The notes below the pieces were generated by a model. That model saw only the letters and a program-made list of their open reading frames with translations, was not told the origin of the DNA and made no database searches. Below, piece after piece: positions 16,411 through 30,289 of a stretch of DNA of 64,000 nt. The DNA lies in NCBI GenBank assembly GCA_026770705.1, contig JANJGN010000152.1, positions 434,001-498,000 of the forward strand. The letters are read 5' to 3'. This DNA comes from Isurus oxyrinchus (lineage: Eukaryota). Within the stretch, counting starts at the first letter, position 1, and every line of letters starts with the position of its first letter. A program made the translations under genes and the position numbers.

Positions 16411-16559
16411 TATTTCCTATGTTTCTCAGCTGACAGCTCACAATGCCTGGCTGATTGATGGCAGATAAAAGCAAAAAACTGCGGATGCTGGAAATCCAAA
16501 ACAAAAACAAAAATAAAAATACCTGGAAAAACAAATACCTGCTGAGTTTTTCCAGGTAT

Positions 16560-16850
16560 TTTCATGATTGACGGCAGATCCGGACCAATAGAAAAGGAGA
16601 GGGCGTCGAGGCGGCTGGTCCTCCAGCCAATCGGAGTGAACGCGGGGCAGAGCTGGGCTGAGTGTAGCATGCACAGTGTGATTAATGACGATGGGGAAAA
16701 GCTTCTTTCTCGGATTCGCCTTCGGTAAAGGCACAGAGCAGGGTCGCCACTTTCTCCCAGTTCCAGACCCGGATTAATGGCCGCCATTTTTATTGGGGGC
16801 CATTTGCAGCAGGGCGCATGCATGGCATCCATCTTTGTAGGGGGCAATGT
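16560..16850. promoter_or_regulatory. CpG-rich ZNF-type promoter copy (CCAAT x2, YY1, NRF1-like)
   Basis: gattgacggcag...ccaatag...cagccaatcggagtgaa is paralogous to 30660-30770. GCCGCCATTTT at 16780 and GCGCATGC at 16814. Confidence 0.5.
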
Positions 16851-17339
16851 TATTTAAAATTTTACAATTACAAAATGTGAACAATTGTCCATCAAGTTGC
16901 TTCACACTTTGAGTTACAATGTCTTATTGATGAGGCAGAACAACGATATATGTCCAAGTCAGTGACAATCATTTGTATTTATATTGTGCCTTAAACAGTA
17001 TAAAACATTCCAATGCATTTCACAGAAATGTTACAAAGTAACATTTGCCACAGCCACATAAGGAGATATTAGGGCAGGTGACCAAAAGCTTTGTCAAAGA
17101 GGTAGGCTTAAAGAATATCTTAAAGGAGGAAAATGACGTGGAGAGGCAGAGAAGTTTAAGAAGGAAATTCCAGAGCTTTTGGCCTAGGCAATTGAAGGAA
17201 CAGTCACTGATGGCGATTAAAATCAGGAATTCTCAAGAGGCTGGAATTAGATGAGTGCAGAGATCTTGGAGACTGTGTGCTGGTGGTGGAGATTGTGGAG
17301 ATAGGTATGATCACAACCATGGAAGAAAACAAGAATGAG

Positions 17340-17575
17340 AATTTTATCCTTTTGTCTATGACATCTTTGGCAATCTCTTCTTTGCCTCCACCTAACACTG
17401 GCCCTCTATCCAGCTCTACCTGCCCCACCCCCCTCAACCAGGTTATATTTCACCTCATTTCTATTTCTCCTTTGTTCTGATGAAGAGTCATACGAACTCA
17501 AAACATTAACTGTATTCCTCTCCGCAGAGGCTGTCAGACCTGCTGAGTTTTTCCAGCTATTTTTGTTTTTGTTTG
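17340..17575 (+). mobile_element. Penelope-like element terminal fragment with a degenerate hammerhead
   Basis: ctgatgaagagtcatacgaactcaaaac at about 17477, followed by the recurrent cagacctgctgagtttttccag tail. Confidence 0.65.
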
Positions 17576-18189
17576 AGAATTTTAAAAGTTGGTGCTTCTT
17601 AACTGGGAGCATTTGTAGGTCAGCGAGCACAGTGGCAGTGGGTGAACAAGGTAGTGCAAGTAAACACAAGCAACAGAGCTTTGAATGACCTCAAGATTAC
17701 GGGGGTGGAGGGGGCTGGTTTAATGTTGAAGGCCGACTGGGCGTGTGTTAGAATAGTTTAGCCTTGCATTAACAAAGGAATCGATAATGGTTTCTGCAGG
17801 AGATAAACTGAAACTAAGCTGGAGTCAGACCATATTACTGAGGTATCTTGGTGGTGATGTGGATATGTGGTTGGAAGCTCATCTATGACACCGTGGTTGT
17901 GAACAATCTTGTTCAGCTTCAGAGGAAATTTCTGTGCATCCCGTACTTGATGTCAGACAAGTCAGGATGGTGCGTGACTTGGGTGGGAACTTGGAGGTGC
18001 TGGTGTTCACATACCCTGGTCTGTCCAGGTGGTGGAATCTGAGGATTTGGGTGATTCTGTCAACGTCGAATTATAGATATAAAATTTTTCTCCTTCACCA
18101 CCTGCCTCTCCCACCTCTCTTTCTCTCACACACACCCTCTCTCCACCCATAGAACCAGAGTTTTGTTTAGGCCCAGACCAGATTCCCAC

Positions 18190-18430
18190 CCTGAAGGACT
18201 TTAGTGAACCAGTTGGGTTTTTACGACAATCCAGCAGTTTTCATGGTCACTTTTTCCTGGTGCTGGCCCCACAAATTACCAGATTTATTCAGCTCAATTT
18301 CACATCCTACCTTTGTGTCTTCTGGGTTCTGTCTCACTCTCTTTTTCTCTTTTATATCAATTTCACAGGATATTGGAAGGAAAGGAGTTGCAGTCAGGAA
18401 GCGGAAACCAAACATCACATTGGGATCTGA
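18190..18430 (+). pseudogene. Inverted, truncated ZNF paralogue stub (intron end, splice acceptor, start of the last exon)
   Basis: Reverse-complement match to about 25100-25340 and 8790-9020. Acceptor tttcacAG at 18367-18368, but no fingers follow. Confidence 0.6.
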
Positions 18431-19559
18431 ACCCACGACTGTTACCATCTAGAAGGACAAGGCAAGCAGATAGATGGGAACATCATCTCCTGGAAGTTCC
18501 CCTCCAAGCCACTTACCGTCCTGACTTGGAAATATATTACCTTTCCTTCACTGTCGCTGGGTTGAAATCCTGGAACTCCCTCCCAAACAGCACTGTGGGT
18601 GTACCTACACCACAGGGCTGCTTTAAAAAGGCAGTTCACCCTCTCCTTCTCAAGGGAAATTAGAGATGAGCAATAAATGCTGGCCTCGACTGCAATGCCC
18701 ACATCCAATGATTGAATTAGAAAAAAACAAGTGTGAGGAGCTGATGGGGTTTCTTTATAACTATGATTAAGACAATCCTATCAACTGCCTCTGCTGCTTT
18801 CCTCCCTTCCACTTACACACCGGGCTCAACTGCCTCTCAAGCTGCTCCTTCTCCTAGCCCTGAACTCACATATTTCTTATGTTAATCTGCCATGTCTCCT
18901 CATGCCCTCTCAGAGCTCATCTTGTCCATGAGAACCACCTCCTGCTCCATTGACCCTATTCTCACTAATCTGCTGATCCTCCAACTTCCCCATTTTCACT
19001 GACATTGTTAATGGTTCTCTCTCTCCAGATCCTGTTCCTCTGTCCTTCAAATCTGCCATCATCACCCCCTCTTCAATAAAACCAATCCTTGACCACAACA
19101 TATTTACAAACTCCCACCCCATCTCCAACCTCCCTTTTGCATCCAAAGTCTTTGTCACTTCCCAAATCCATGCCTATCTTTCCAGGAATTCCATTTTTGA
19201 ATTCTCCCAATATGATTGTTGCCCTGTCACAGTGTTGAAGGAGCTCTTAGGATCACAACTTACATTCCATGTCACCAAGACGAATTCTCCCTCCTTGTTC
19301 TTCTCGGCCTCTCTGCAGACATTGACACCATGAACCAAACCATCCTCCCCCAATGCCCCTCCACTGGTGCCCAGCAAGATGGGACATCATGCTCCTGATT
19401 CCTTTCTTATCAAATTGTAGCCAGAGGATCACCTGCAGTAGCTGTGATTATTTGAATAACACTGTTATAGGCTCACTCACTCAATAGGTGATCAGGTATC
19501 ACAACACTTTGATATAAAAATGTTCCATTATCACCCTCATTGGTCTGCACAGGAGGGCT

Positions 19560-22275
19560 GCTTTGGGGTGCCTCAGAGTACTTCAGCTGGAGTTTGATGA
19601 GAGAGGGACTTTTAAGGGTTAATTTCTATCTAAAGTATAATCTTTCTTTAATTTAGCAACTAACTAAATGTTGTTCTTTGGGTTGGGAGAAGTTGAGTTT
19701 TCGTCCAGCTTTAAAACAGGGGTTATACAGGCTCTGCTTGCAGCTGCAGCTAGTTAATTAGTTAACTGGCTTAATCAGGTTTTCAGAAGCTAGATTCAGG
19801 CAGCATAAAAGAATCCATTGATAGTTATGCTTTTATCTTCACTCGAGTGTTGCTTTGGGTTGCAATGGAATGCTTAAATTGGCATTTGGTAAGAGAGGGA
19901 CTTTTAAGGATTAATTTCTCTCTAAAGTCTAACCATTCTTTAACATTTTTATTCATTTATGGGATGTGGGAATCGCTGGCTAGGCCAGCATTTATTGCCC
20001 ATCCCTAATTGCCCTTGACAAGGTGGTGGTGAACTGTCTTCTTGAACCACTGTTGTCCATGGCGTAGGTACACCCACAGTGCTATTGGGGAGAAATTCCA
20101 GGATTTTTATCCAGCAACGGTGAAGGAATGGCAACCTTTTTCCAAGTTAGGATGGTGAGTGGGTTGGAGGGAGGTGTTCCCCTCTGTCTGCTACCCTTGT
20201 CCTTCCAACTGTTGCTAAAAGTTACTCTTTGGGTTGGGAGAAAGTGAGTTTTAGCCCAGAGCCAGATTATACAGGCTCTGCTTGCAGCTGCAGCTAGTCC
20301 ATTAGTTAACTGGCTTATACAGTTAAGTCATGGCAGGTGGCTCAGCCAAGTGGAATGCTCCTCCTATGCGATGTGGGAAGTCAGGGAAACTTCAAGTCTC
20401 CAGGTGACCAAGTATGCAGGAAATGTCTCCAGCTGCAACTACTCAAAGTCCACGTTTCAGAGCTGGAGCTGTGGTCAGAGTCACTGTGGAGCAAAAGCAA
20501 AGAAGAAATCTTCATGGATAACACATACAGCAAGGTGGTCATACCGCAGGTAAAGAGTACGCAGGCAGAAAGTGATTGGGTGACTACCAAACAGAGTAAA
20601 AGCATTAGGCAGGTAGTGCAGGCGTTCCCCGGGTCAAAGCAAAGGGGAAACAGTAGCGTAGTGGTATTGTTGCTGGACGAATAATCCAGACACCCAGGGT
20701 AGTGCTCTGGGAACCTGGGTTTGAATCCCAGCATGGAATTTGAATTTGATAAACAATCTAGAATTTAAAAAGTCTAAAGACCATAAAACCATTATCGATT
20801 GTTGTGAAAACCCATTTGGTTCACTAATGTCCCTTTAGGGAAGGAAAATCTGTCATCCTTACCTGGTCTGGCCTACATGTGATTCCAGACCCACAGCAAT
20901 GTGGTTGACTCTTAAATGCCCTCTGAACAAGGGCAATTAGGGATGGGCAATAAATGCTGACCCAGCCAGTGACGCCCACATCTCATGAATGAATTTTAAA
21001 AAGTCTGTGGCATCACGAATGGCTCAGCTGCACAAGGTGGGGAGAGCGCAAGTGAAATATTGACAGGGGATTCAATCATAAGGGGAACAGATAGACATTT
21101 CTGCGGCCACAGACATGACACCAGGATGGTATGTTGTCTCCCTGGTGCCAGCATCAAGGTTGTCACTGTGTGGCTGCAGGACATTCTGGAGGGATGGGTG
21201 AACAGCAAGAGGTCACTGCCCATATAGGTACCAATGATGTAGGGAAAAAGAGGGATGAGATCCTGAAAGCAGAATATAGGGAGCTGGGAATTAAGTGAAG
21301 AAGTATGACCCCCAGGATTCCCCTGGAATCAGGATTACTCCAAGTGCCACATGCTGGAAAGATCAGGAATAGGAGGATATACCAGATTAATTCATGGCTG
21401 GAGAGATGGTGAAGGAGGGAGGGATTTAGATTGCTGAGACATTGGGACTGATTCTGGGGAAGGTGGGACCTGTACAAGGTGGATGGGTTGCACCCCAGGA
21501 GGACTGCAACAAATATCCTCACTGGGATATTTGCTAGTACTGTGGGAGAGGGTTTAAACTAGGCTGGCAGGGGATAGGAAACTGAGCAGGGAGACACAAG
21601 AGAGGGAAACAAAGATTGGAATGAGAGACAGAAAAGTAGAAAGCAAAAGTGGAAGGCACAGGAAACAAGGGCTAGCGGTAAATAGAGCCACAGTACAAAA
21701 AAATGTGTAAAAATGTTAAAAAGTCTAAAGCACAGAACATTCGCAATAAGGTAGATGGAGTTACAGTGCAAGTAGATGTAAACAGATACAATATGACTGT
21801 GATTACAGAGACATGGCTGCAGGGTGACCAAGGCTGGGAACTGAATGTCCAAGCATACTCGATGCTTAGGACAGACAGGAAAAATGGAAAAGGAGGCGGT
21901 GTGGCATTGTTAGTTAAGGACAAGTTCGGTGCGATAGTGAGAGAGAAAATTGGCTCAGAAAATCTAGATGTAGAATCAGTCTGGGTGGAGCTAAGAAGCA
22001 ACAATGGGAAGTAAACATTATTGGGTGTTGTCTGTAGGCTTCCAAACAGCAGTGATCAGGTGGGGGTCAGTATTAAATGGGAAATTAGAGATGCATGTAA
22101 CAAGGGTGCTACAGTATTCAGGGGTGACTTTAAGCTGCATATAGACTGGGCAAACCAAATTAGCAATATTACTGTGGTGGATGAATTCCTGGAGTGTACA
22201 AGATTTTTTTTAGATTAGAATGTCGAGGAACTGACTCGGGAACAGGCTATTCTGTATTTGGTATTGTGCAATGAA
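19560..22275 (+). mobile_element. CR1-type LINE 5' part: duplicated 5' UTR, ORF1 (zinc finger plus SGNH esterase), start of ORF2 endonuclease
   Basis: ECSS..MWE...CRKCLQL at about 20350-20430, GDSIIRG at 21066, HIGTND at 21221, DGLHP at 21482, then NIRNKVD...ITETWL...GGGVALLVK. Interrupted by SINE insertions. Confidence 0.85.
20644..20996 (+). mobile_element. tRNA-headed SINE, full length (family not assigned)
   Basis: Pol III box A TAGCGTAGTGG at 20654 and box B GGTTTGAATCC at 20718. Its core and its tail (gggcaattagggatgggcaataaatgctg...atgaatgaat) recur across the window. Confidence 0.8.
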
Positions 22276-22899
22276 GGAGAGTCATACACGCACTCAAAAT
22301 GTTAACTCTGTTTCTCTCTCCACAGGCGCTGTCAGACCTGCTGAGTGTTTCCAGCATTTCCTGTTTTTATTTCAGACACCCAGCATCTGCAGTATTTTGG
22401 TTTTATGCTAGCATCATAAGGAAATCTTTTCAGTAACAAGTGGTAAGAATTTGGAATTCACTATTGGATGGATACAGATTCAAAAGTGACCTTCAAAAGG
22501 GAATCGGATAAATTCTTGAAGGAGAAATGATGCTGGGATGGGGTAAAGAATGCGGGAGTGGGACTAACTGGATAGCTTGCTGAATTTGTCAGCACAGATT
22601 CAATAGGCCAAATGGCCTCCTTCTCTGCTGTGGTTTGATGACAATCTGTCATTTATAATAATGGAACGATTCATAATAAACATATGATAGTACCTCATAG
22701 AGCACGGATGGTGGCCATTCAGCCCACTGTGCCTGTCCTGTCTCTGAAAATGTTACCAATCTGTTGCACTTGCCTGCCCTTTTCCGATCGCCCTCCAAAT
22801 CTTTACTTATGAAGTTGAAATTCAATTCACTTTTGAAAGTTACTACTGAATCTGCTTCTACCAGTCATTCAGACAATGACTTCAGTCTTCCCAAGGTTT

Positions 22900-23890
22900 A
22901 ATTTGAAGAAATTTCTACACATCCCACCACCAGATATCAGACAAGCAGTCTGATAATTTACCAAGAGTGGAGAAGTCGAGATAGGTGTTGGTGAGACAGA
23001 GCTGGGAGCTGTCAGTGTAAATGTGATAACTGACAGTGTTTTCAGATTATCATTGTGTAGAGCAGGTTAATGAGAAATAAGTGGAGACCAAGGCTGAATC
23101 CTTTGGGGACACCAGAGGTAACTCTGGGATTGGAAAGGGAAGATATTGCAAGTGAGTCTTTGGCTATGATTAGACAGAGAAGAATAGAACCAGGATAGAG
23201 CAGCCCCATCCAGCTGAATGACAGGGGAGAGGCGAAGGTGCAGAATGATGTGGTCAACATTGTCAAAGGCTGCAGACAGGTCGAGAATGAGAAGGGAGAG
23301 TTTATCTTTGTCACAGTCACATAGAATGTCATTTGTGACTTTGATAAGAGCTGTTTCAGTACTGTGACAGGGGCAGAAACCTGATTGGAGGGATTCAAAC
23401 ATGGAGTTCTGGGAAAAATGGGCACAGATTTGGGAGGTGACAACAAGGACTTTGGAGAGGAAAGGGAGGATGGAGATGGGGCAATAGTTTGGAAAGACAC
23501 TGGGGTCAAGCATTTGTTTTTTGAGAAGGGTATAATGATGGGAAATCTGAAAGAGAGAGGGATAGTACCTGAGAGAGAAAACTATTGACATAGTCAGTGG
23601 ACATTGGGAAGTTGAGTGATCAGCAGTTTAGTGGGAGAAGGGTCGATGGAGAAGGAGGTGGGTTTCATGGATAAGATGAGCTCTGAGAGGGCATGAGGGG
23701 AGATGGGAGGGAAACTACAGAAAGATGAGATTTCAGGGCTCAGGTAACAGGGAAATTCAGGGAGGGCAAGTGGAAGGGAGGGAAGCAGCAAAGGCAGCTG
23801 ATCGGATTGTCTCAATCTTAGTGACAAAGAAGCTCCATGAGCTCCTCACACTTGTTATTGGAGGTGAGGATGGAGGAGACGGGGAGAGGG
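22900..23890 (-). mobile_element. L2-type LINE RT fragment
   Basis: ORF 23067..23591: NYCPISILPFLSKVL...LQSGFCPCHSTETALIKVTND...LDLSAAFDNVDH. Confidence 0.85.
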
Positions 23891-24095
23891 AGAGCACTTC
23901 AAAAGGAACTAACTTGTGTTAGTGATATTAAAAAGATTCAACGCAGTGTGTCTTTAACACAAAACTAATTTATTTGACTTTTCGCCAGATTAGACCCTGT
24001 AAGTGGGCTGTAGTTTATTAACATCAGCGGAAACAGGCCCCGATGAACATGATTCAGTCCTAGATGTGATGAACAGCAAAATCCCATCACTGTCG

Positions 24096-25048
24096 TTACT
24101 TGTGAATTCGCTGGTGTCTCAGCAGTTGGGGTGAATGAGTGAATCGCTTCCCACACTGGGCGCAAGTGAATGGTCTCTCCTCAGTGTGAACTCGCTGGTG
24201 TATCAGTAGGTTGTTTGAGGTAGTGAATCTCTTCCCAAACTGAGGGCAGGTGAATGGCCTCTCTCCAGTGTGAATTCTTTGGTGTGTCAGCAGGTTGGAT
24301 GAGGTAGTGAATCTCTTCCCACACTGAGGGCAGGAAAACGGCCTCTTCCCACTGTGACTTTGCTGGTGTCTCAGCAGGCTAGATAACTGAGTGAATCCCT
24401 TCCCACACTGGGGCAGCTAAATGGCCTCTCCCCAGTGTGAACTTGCTGGTGTGTCAGCAGGTGGGATGACCGAGTGAATCCCTTCCCACACTCAGAGCAG
24501 ATAAACGGTCTCTCCCCCATGTGAACTCGCAGATGTCTCAGCAGGTGGGGTGAATAAGTGAATCCCTTCCCACAAGTGGAGCAGGTGAACGGCCTCTCCC
24601 CAGTGTGAATTCGCTGGTGTACAATGAGTTGAGATGATCGCCTGAACCCATTCCCGAATTGAGAGCATTTAAATGGTCTCTTGTCAGTGTGAACACACTG
24701 ATAGTACATCAGCTCCCAGGAACTTTTAAAGCACTTCCCACAGTCTGGGCATTTAAAAGTTCTCACGTCACTGTGAACTCGCTGGTGTCTCAGCAAGTTG
24801 GATGAGAGGGTAAATCCCTTCCCACAGGTGGAGCAGGTGAACGGCCTCTCCCCAGTGTGACTGCGCCGATGCTCTTCCAGTTCTGACGGGAATCTGAATC
24901 CCTTCCCACAGTCCCCACATTTCCATGGTTTCTCCCCGATGTGGCTGCGCTTGTGTTTTGACAGGTCAGATGATTGGTTGAAGCCTTGTCCACACATAGG
25001 ACATGTGTACGATTTCTCTCCACTGTGAACGGTACTTTTTCCTTCCAT
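24096..25048 (-). pseudogene. C2H2 zinc-finger gene C, 11 finger units, with a frameshift near 24412
   Basis: ORF 24371..25069 ([12 protein letters not shown]...) leaves frame at FSCP|SVGRD. The alternative frame stays open, completing that finger and three more, up to TAA at 24098-24096. Confidence 0.85.
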
Positions 25049-27249
25049 GTTCAAAATCAAATGATACACAGGTTATGATAAATCGGGCGAATGTCAGATT
25101 CTGCTGTGATGTTTTGTTTCTGTTTCCCGACTGCAAATCCTCCCCTTGTAATCCCCTGTGAAACTGATTTAAAACAGAAAAAAGGGAGAGAGAGAGAATC
25201 CACAAAAACACAAAGGCAGGTTGTGAAATTGAGCTGAATGAATCTGGTAATGTGTGGGGCTGGCACCAGGAAAAAGTGACCATGAAAACTGCCGGATTGT
25301 CATAAAAACCCAACTGGTTCACTAATGCCCTTCAGGGAATGGAACCTGCCACCTGGTCTGGGTTACACAGGACTCTGGCCTCCATGGGAGGAAAGAGAGA
25401 GGTGGGAGGTGCAGGGGGTGAAGATGTTTTTAATACATCTTCAGCTCAACCAGAACTCTGGCAGAATATCCCAATCCCTCAACATCCACTACCTAGAAGG
25501 ACGAAGGTAACAGATGTCAGTGAACACCATCACCTCCAACTCACACACTGTCCTAACTTGTCTGACATCCAGTACTGGATGAGCAGAAATTTCCTCCATT
25601 TAAATGTTGGGAAGATGAAAGCCATTGTCTCCGCTCCCGAACCACCGACTCCATCCCTCTTGCAGCTCTCTGAGGCTGAACCAGACTGCTCATAATCTTG
25701 TTGTCATATTTCAGCCCAAGCTGAGCTTCTGACTACAAATCACTAAAACCATCCATTTCCACCTCAGTAATATTGCCCAGCTGTGCCCCTGCCTCAGAGC
25801 ACAGCCCGGTCCCCACACTGGCGCTCTGGGTTCCTGTTCTCATTGATAGGGGACTTTCTGACCCACAGGGCATTCTGGATAAACCAGCTGTCAATGATAC
25901 CAATCAGTGAACGGGCATTTTTTTCCCCCAGTTGGTAAAACAGAAGGTCCATGCATGGGGGCGGATATTGGACAGGAAGCACAATGAGGGGTTCAGACAC
26001 TTTATTAAATACTCACAGCAGAAGCACATTAATTTGATCGGAGATCACTTCCTCATGAGCAGCCAGCGGTGTGCAGCCTCCTGAGATTCCGGGCCCTTTC
26101 CAGTCAGTATTTCTAGGAGCTGGGACACAGAAAAGAGTCTCAGTAAATTCAGGGATTTATTTGTTCACTGCTTTACAATGGGTCTGGGCTCATATTTGAA
26201 GTTTGTGCAGCCTGTGACTCCCTGGGATTATTAACCCTCCCCCTCCAGAGCCTTTGGGCTCTCTATTGCTTTTCAATGTCCTCCTGGCCTTGTTGTATCT
26301 GATCCAATAAAAAACCTTCCTTACATCACACAGGGAACAGCTTTAGACATGTTCTGACTTTTCACCTCAATCTTATTCTGCTGAATGATCTCATTGACCA
26401 TTCCCTTTCTCTCGATCAGTCTGTCCACCATCTCTTTTCTGGATTTCACTCCTTCTTGTTCCAGGATTTCATCTCTCTGCCTTTTATTTCTTTTACTGAA
26501 GATTCCTGTCCATTGCTGCCTCACAGCCTCGTCCTGTTCCCACATATTCTCCATGTCTAAGTGCTTCTCAGCTGCTGTGCCAGCCGTGGCCTCTATTCCA
26601 GCCCAGTCACCGATCTCTCTCTTCCCTCCACCCTTTTTACTGGTGTCACTATCACAGGGACAATCACAGTGTTTTCCGAAAACTGCCTTAACATCGGGGT
26701 CTTGGCAACTGGGTGGTCACAGTCCACCCATCTCTCTCCCTGCATTCAGACTAATAAGATTCCTGGATAATTCCCTTATCATCTGAAGATCGCGGTTCTT
26801 GTAGATGTGATGACATAGCCTTGGGGATGGGTGTGTGGTGTTCAGGGCACATATTACAGGAACTATTTTAAATCTTGTATCACTACATCAGCTTTGTGAG
26901 TATAAGTGATAATTAAGCCATTTGTGGGACCGATTTCTTATGGCAGGGCAGATTGAGGAGTAGTCAGTGAAGCATATGGGGGTCTTGGCTTCATAAATAG
27001 AGGTACTGAGTACAAAAACAGGGAAGTGCACCAACAGAGAGTTGTCAGGATCTGGAACTCTCTCTTTGAAAAGATGTTGGAACCGGATTCTATATCTAGC
27101 CTCCGCCCACTTGTCCTAGATTCCCCAACCAGTGGAAATAGTTCCTCTCTATCCATCCTGTCAGTTCCAATTAATATCCCAAAAACTTTGATCAAATCAG
27201 CTCTTATTCTTATAAATTCCAGGGATTACAACCCTCACAGTGAGGTGAA

Positions 27250-27960
27250 GGCTTTTATCAGGAGGAATAGGGAGAGGGAAAATATTATTCATGGCACAGC
27301 TCTAAAGAGTGTGCAGGGACAGAGGGACCTGGGGCTTCATGTGCTTTGATCTCTGAAGGTGACAGAATGTATTAAGAGAGTGGTTAGCAAAGCCGATTGG
27401 ATCTTGAGCTTCATAACTAGTGATATTGAGAACAAAAACAGGGAAGTTATGCTGACTTCTTTATAAAGCTCTGGTTAGGCCACAGTTCGAGAATTGCATC
27501 CAGTTCTGGTCACCTCACTTTAGGAAGGATGTGAAGGTTGTTGAGAAGGTGCAGAGGAGATTTACCAGAATAGCTCCTGCAAAGGAGGTTGAGGGGAGAT
27601 TGGTAGAGGTGTACAAGATTATGACTGGTTTAGATATGGGGACAAAGAAAAGCTATTCCCATCAGCTGATCAGACAAGGACTCAAGGACAGAGTTTTAAG
27701 ATTTTGGGTAAAAGGTGTGGGAGATGTGAGGAAGGATATTTTTACACAGTGAGTGGTAATGACCTGGAAGCTACTGCCTATGAGGTGGGTGGAAATGGAC
27801 ATGGTGAGCGATTTCAAAAGGAAATTGGACAGAAGCATGAGGGAAATAAACTTGCAAGGATACGGGGATAGAGCAGGGAATGGGACTGATTGGATTGCTC
27901 TACATAGCTGGCATGGACTCAATGGGCCTAATGGCCTCCTCTGTGCCACAATAACTCTGT
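27250..27960 (+). mobile_element. CR1-type LINE 3' fragment
   Basis: QRDLG, ALVRP..CIQFWSP and EKVQRRFTR motifs, plus the 3' tail. Confidence 0.75.
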
Positions 27961-28697
27961 GACTCTTTTGTGCAATCTCATTCTGTAACTTAACCCTTGG
28001 AGCTCAGATCACTCAGGTAAATATGTGCTACACTCCCTCCTAGGCTTTTCTATTCCTCCTGATGTGTGTTGCCCAGAACTGAACACAGTTCTTCAGGTGT
28101 GCTCGAACCAGGATTTGTGTGTCTCGGCATTTTTCCAGTCACACCTGAAATCGTCTCAGAATCACACAGTGCAGAAGAGGCCCTTCAGCCCATCGATTCT
28201 GCACCAACACGTGAGAAACACCTGACCTACCTACCTAATCCCATTTACCAGCATTTGGCCCATAGCCTTGAATGTTGGTCAAGATGTCAAGACCCATTGG
28301 TCCCTAATGAGCCCTACTCTTTCCCTGGTTATCCTCTTCCCATTGGCATTGAAAAAAACTTTAGATCCCTGCAGTTAAATCTTTCAGACACTGAATTGTA
28401 GATTTTTCACCAAATATCAATTTACGATTGTAGTAAAAGTTCATAATTTTATTGTCAAGGGGCTCCTGCTGAAAGTTTTTGAAATTAAGGGGAAGGATCA
28501 CAGATGGTGCTTTGAAAAAGGGACACTGCAGCCCTGAAAATCAGTGATATCTCCAGAATATTAAACGCGAGCCAGTTATACGGTTGTGAACATCAGCAGA
28601 AACAAAATATTGCCAGACTATCAATACTAAACAAGCTTACAAGCAGCAAGAACAGCAGGATCCAAACCCTGCAGTCACTTATGAACTTGCTGATGTC

Positions 28698-29597
28698 TCA
28701 GGAGGCATCGTGACTGAGTGAATCCCTTCCCACACACTGAGAGTTGAATAACCTCTTCTCAATGTGAGTGCGTTGGTGGGTCAGCAGGTTGAAAGATTTT
28801 GCAAATCCCTTCCCACACAGCGAGCAAGTGAATGGCTTCTCCCCAGTGTGAACTCGTTGGTGTGCGGTGAGGTTGGATGACCGACTGAATCCTTTCCCAC
28901 ATACGGAGCATGTGAATGGTCTCACCGCAGTGTGAGTGCATTGGTGAGCAGTGAGGTTGGATGACTGCCTGAGACTCTTCCCACAGGAAGTGCAGCTAAA
29001 TGGCTTCTCCCCAGTGTGAATTCGCTGGTGTCTCAGCAGGTTGGGTAAAACTGTGAATCCCTTCCCACACATGGAGCAGGCAAATTGTCTCTCCCCAGTG
29101 TGAACTTGCTGGTGTAAAATGAGGGAGGATGCCTGCCGGAAACTCTTTCCACAGGAAGTGCAACTGAATGGCTTCTCTTCAATGTGAATTCGCTGGTGTG
29201 ACAGCAGGTGGGCTAACCCAGTGAATCCTTTCCCACACACAGAGCAAGTGAACAGCCTCTCTCCAGTGTGAACTCGCTGCTGTGTCAGGTGGAATGACTG
29301 AGTAAATCCCTTCCCACACTCGGAGCAGGTGAATGGCCTCTCCCCAGTGTGAGTGCATTGGTGTACAGTGAGTGCAGAAGAATGCCTGAACCTCTTTCCA
29401 CAGGAAGTGCAGTTGAATAGCTTCTCCTCAGTGTGAATGCGCTGGTGTGACCAAAGGCCAGATGACTGAGTAAATCCCTCCCCGCACATAGAACAGGTGA
29501 ATGGCCTCTCCCCTGTGTAACTGCGTTTATTGTTTTCCAGCAGATATGAGTAACTGAATCCTTTCCCAGAGTCCTCACATTTCCATGGTTTCTCCAT
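28698..29597 (-). CDS. C2H2 zinc-finger protein D (about 9 fingers; first degenerate, last frameshifted)
   Basis: 299-aa ORF of tandem CxxC-x12-HxxxH units with TGE(R/K)PF linkers. The upstream finger remnant contains TGA, so function is uncertain. Confidence 0.75.
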   Translation of the reverse strand: MEKPWKCEDSGKGFSYSYLLENNKRSYTGERPFTCSMCGEGFTQSSGLWSHQRIHTEEKLFNCTSCGKRFRHSSALTVHQCTHTGERPFTCSECGKGFTQSFHLTQQRVHTGERLFTCSVCGKGFTGLAHLLSHQRIHIEEKPFSCTSCGKSFRQASSLILHQQVHTGERQFACSMCGKGFTVLPNLLRHQRIHTGEKPFSCTSCGKSLRQSSNLTAHQCTHTAVRPFTCSVCGKGFSRSSNLTAHQRVHTGEKPFTCSLCGKGFAKSFNLLTHQRTHIEKRLFNSQCVGRDSLSHDAS

Positions 29598-30289
29598 AGT
29601 GCGGGTGTCTTTGTGTCTCTCCAGGTTGAATGATCAGTTGAAACCTTGTCCAGACACAGACCATGTGTATGGTTTCTCCTCACTGTGACCGATGTGATGC
29701 TTTTTCAGGCTGTTCAGCTGGTTAAAGCTCTTTCCACAGTCAGTTCACTGAAACACTCTCACTCGGGTGTGTGTGTGTGTGTGTCTCGGTGTTTTTCCAG
29801 TGACACTGAAGTTAAGTATCTTTCCCCATGAACAGAACAGACAAACATTTCTCCTTCCACATTCAAAATCCGAGGATATTCAGGTTCTGGTGAACCGGGT
29901 GACTCTGTCAGAAGATGTTCGGTTTGAGTTTCACATCTGCAAATCCTTCCCTTCTAATACCCTGGAAAACGAGTTTATAAAAGTCATCACTGTCAGTCCG
30001 GGATGGAAAGTCAGAACAAACAATTCTAGTTTTAGTGGAATATTGTTTTTTCTCTTGTTCCCCCAAAGCTGTAAATTCACGTACAACACACTCTCCCTCC
30101 TCCCTGGGCTGAAATCCAAACCCATCTCCTCCATTTCTTTCCTCCACTCACAATTTTCTCCCTCCGTCTCCTCTGCCTGGGTTCAATTCTCCAGCTCCTG
30201 TCTGCAGACTGACAATAAAATCAATGAATTAATCATTTTCCAAAATCCAGCCCTGTCAGTCCAGGATAGAAATGCACAATATTCTCTCC

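Noticed and set aside
20644-20735. tRNA gene
   Set aside because: The A and B boxes belong to a SINE head that continues into a repeated core and tail; no intact cloverleaf.
26160-26830. Purine-rich minus-strand stretch with short ORFs and a brief similarity to about 32210-32260
   Set aside because: No recognisable motif and it is interrupted by stops; it cannot be assigned without a database search.
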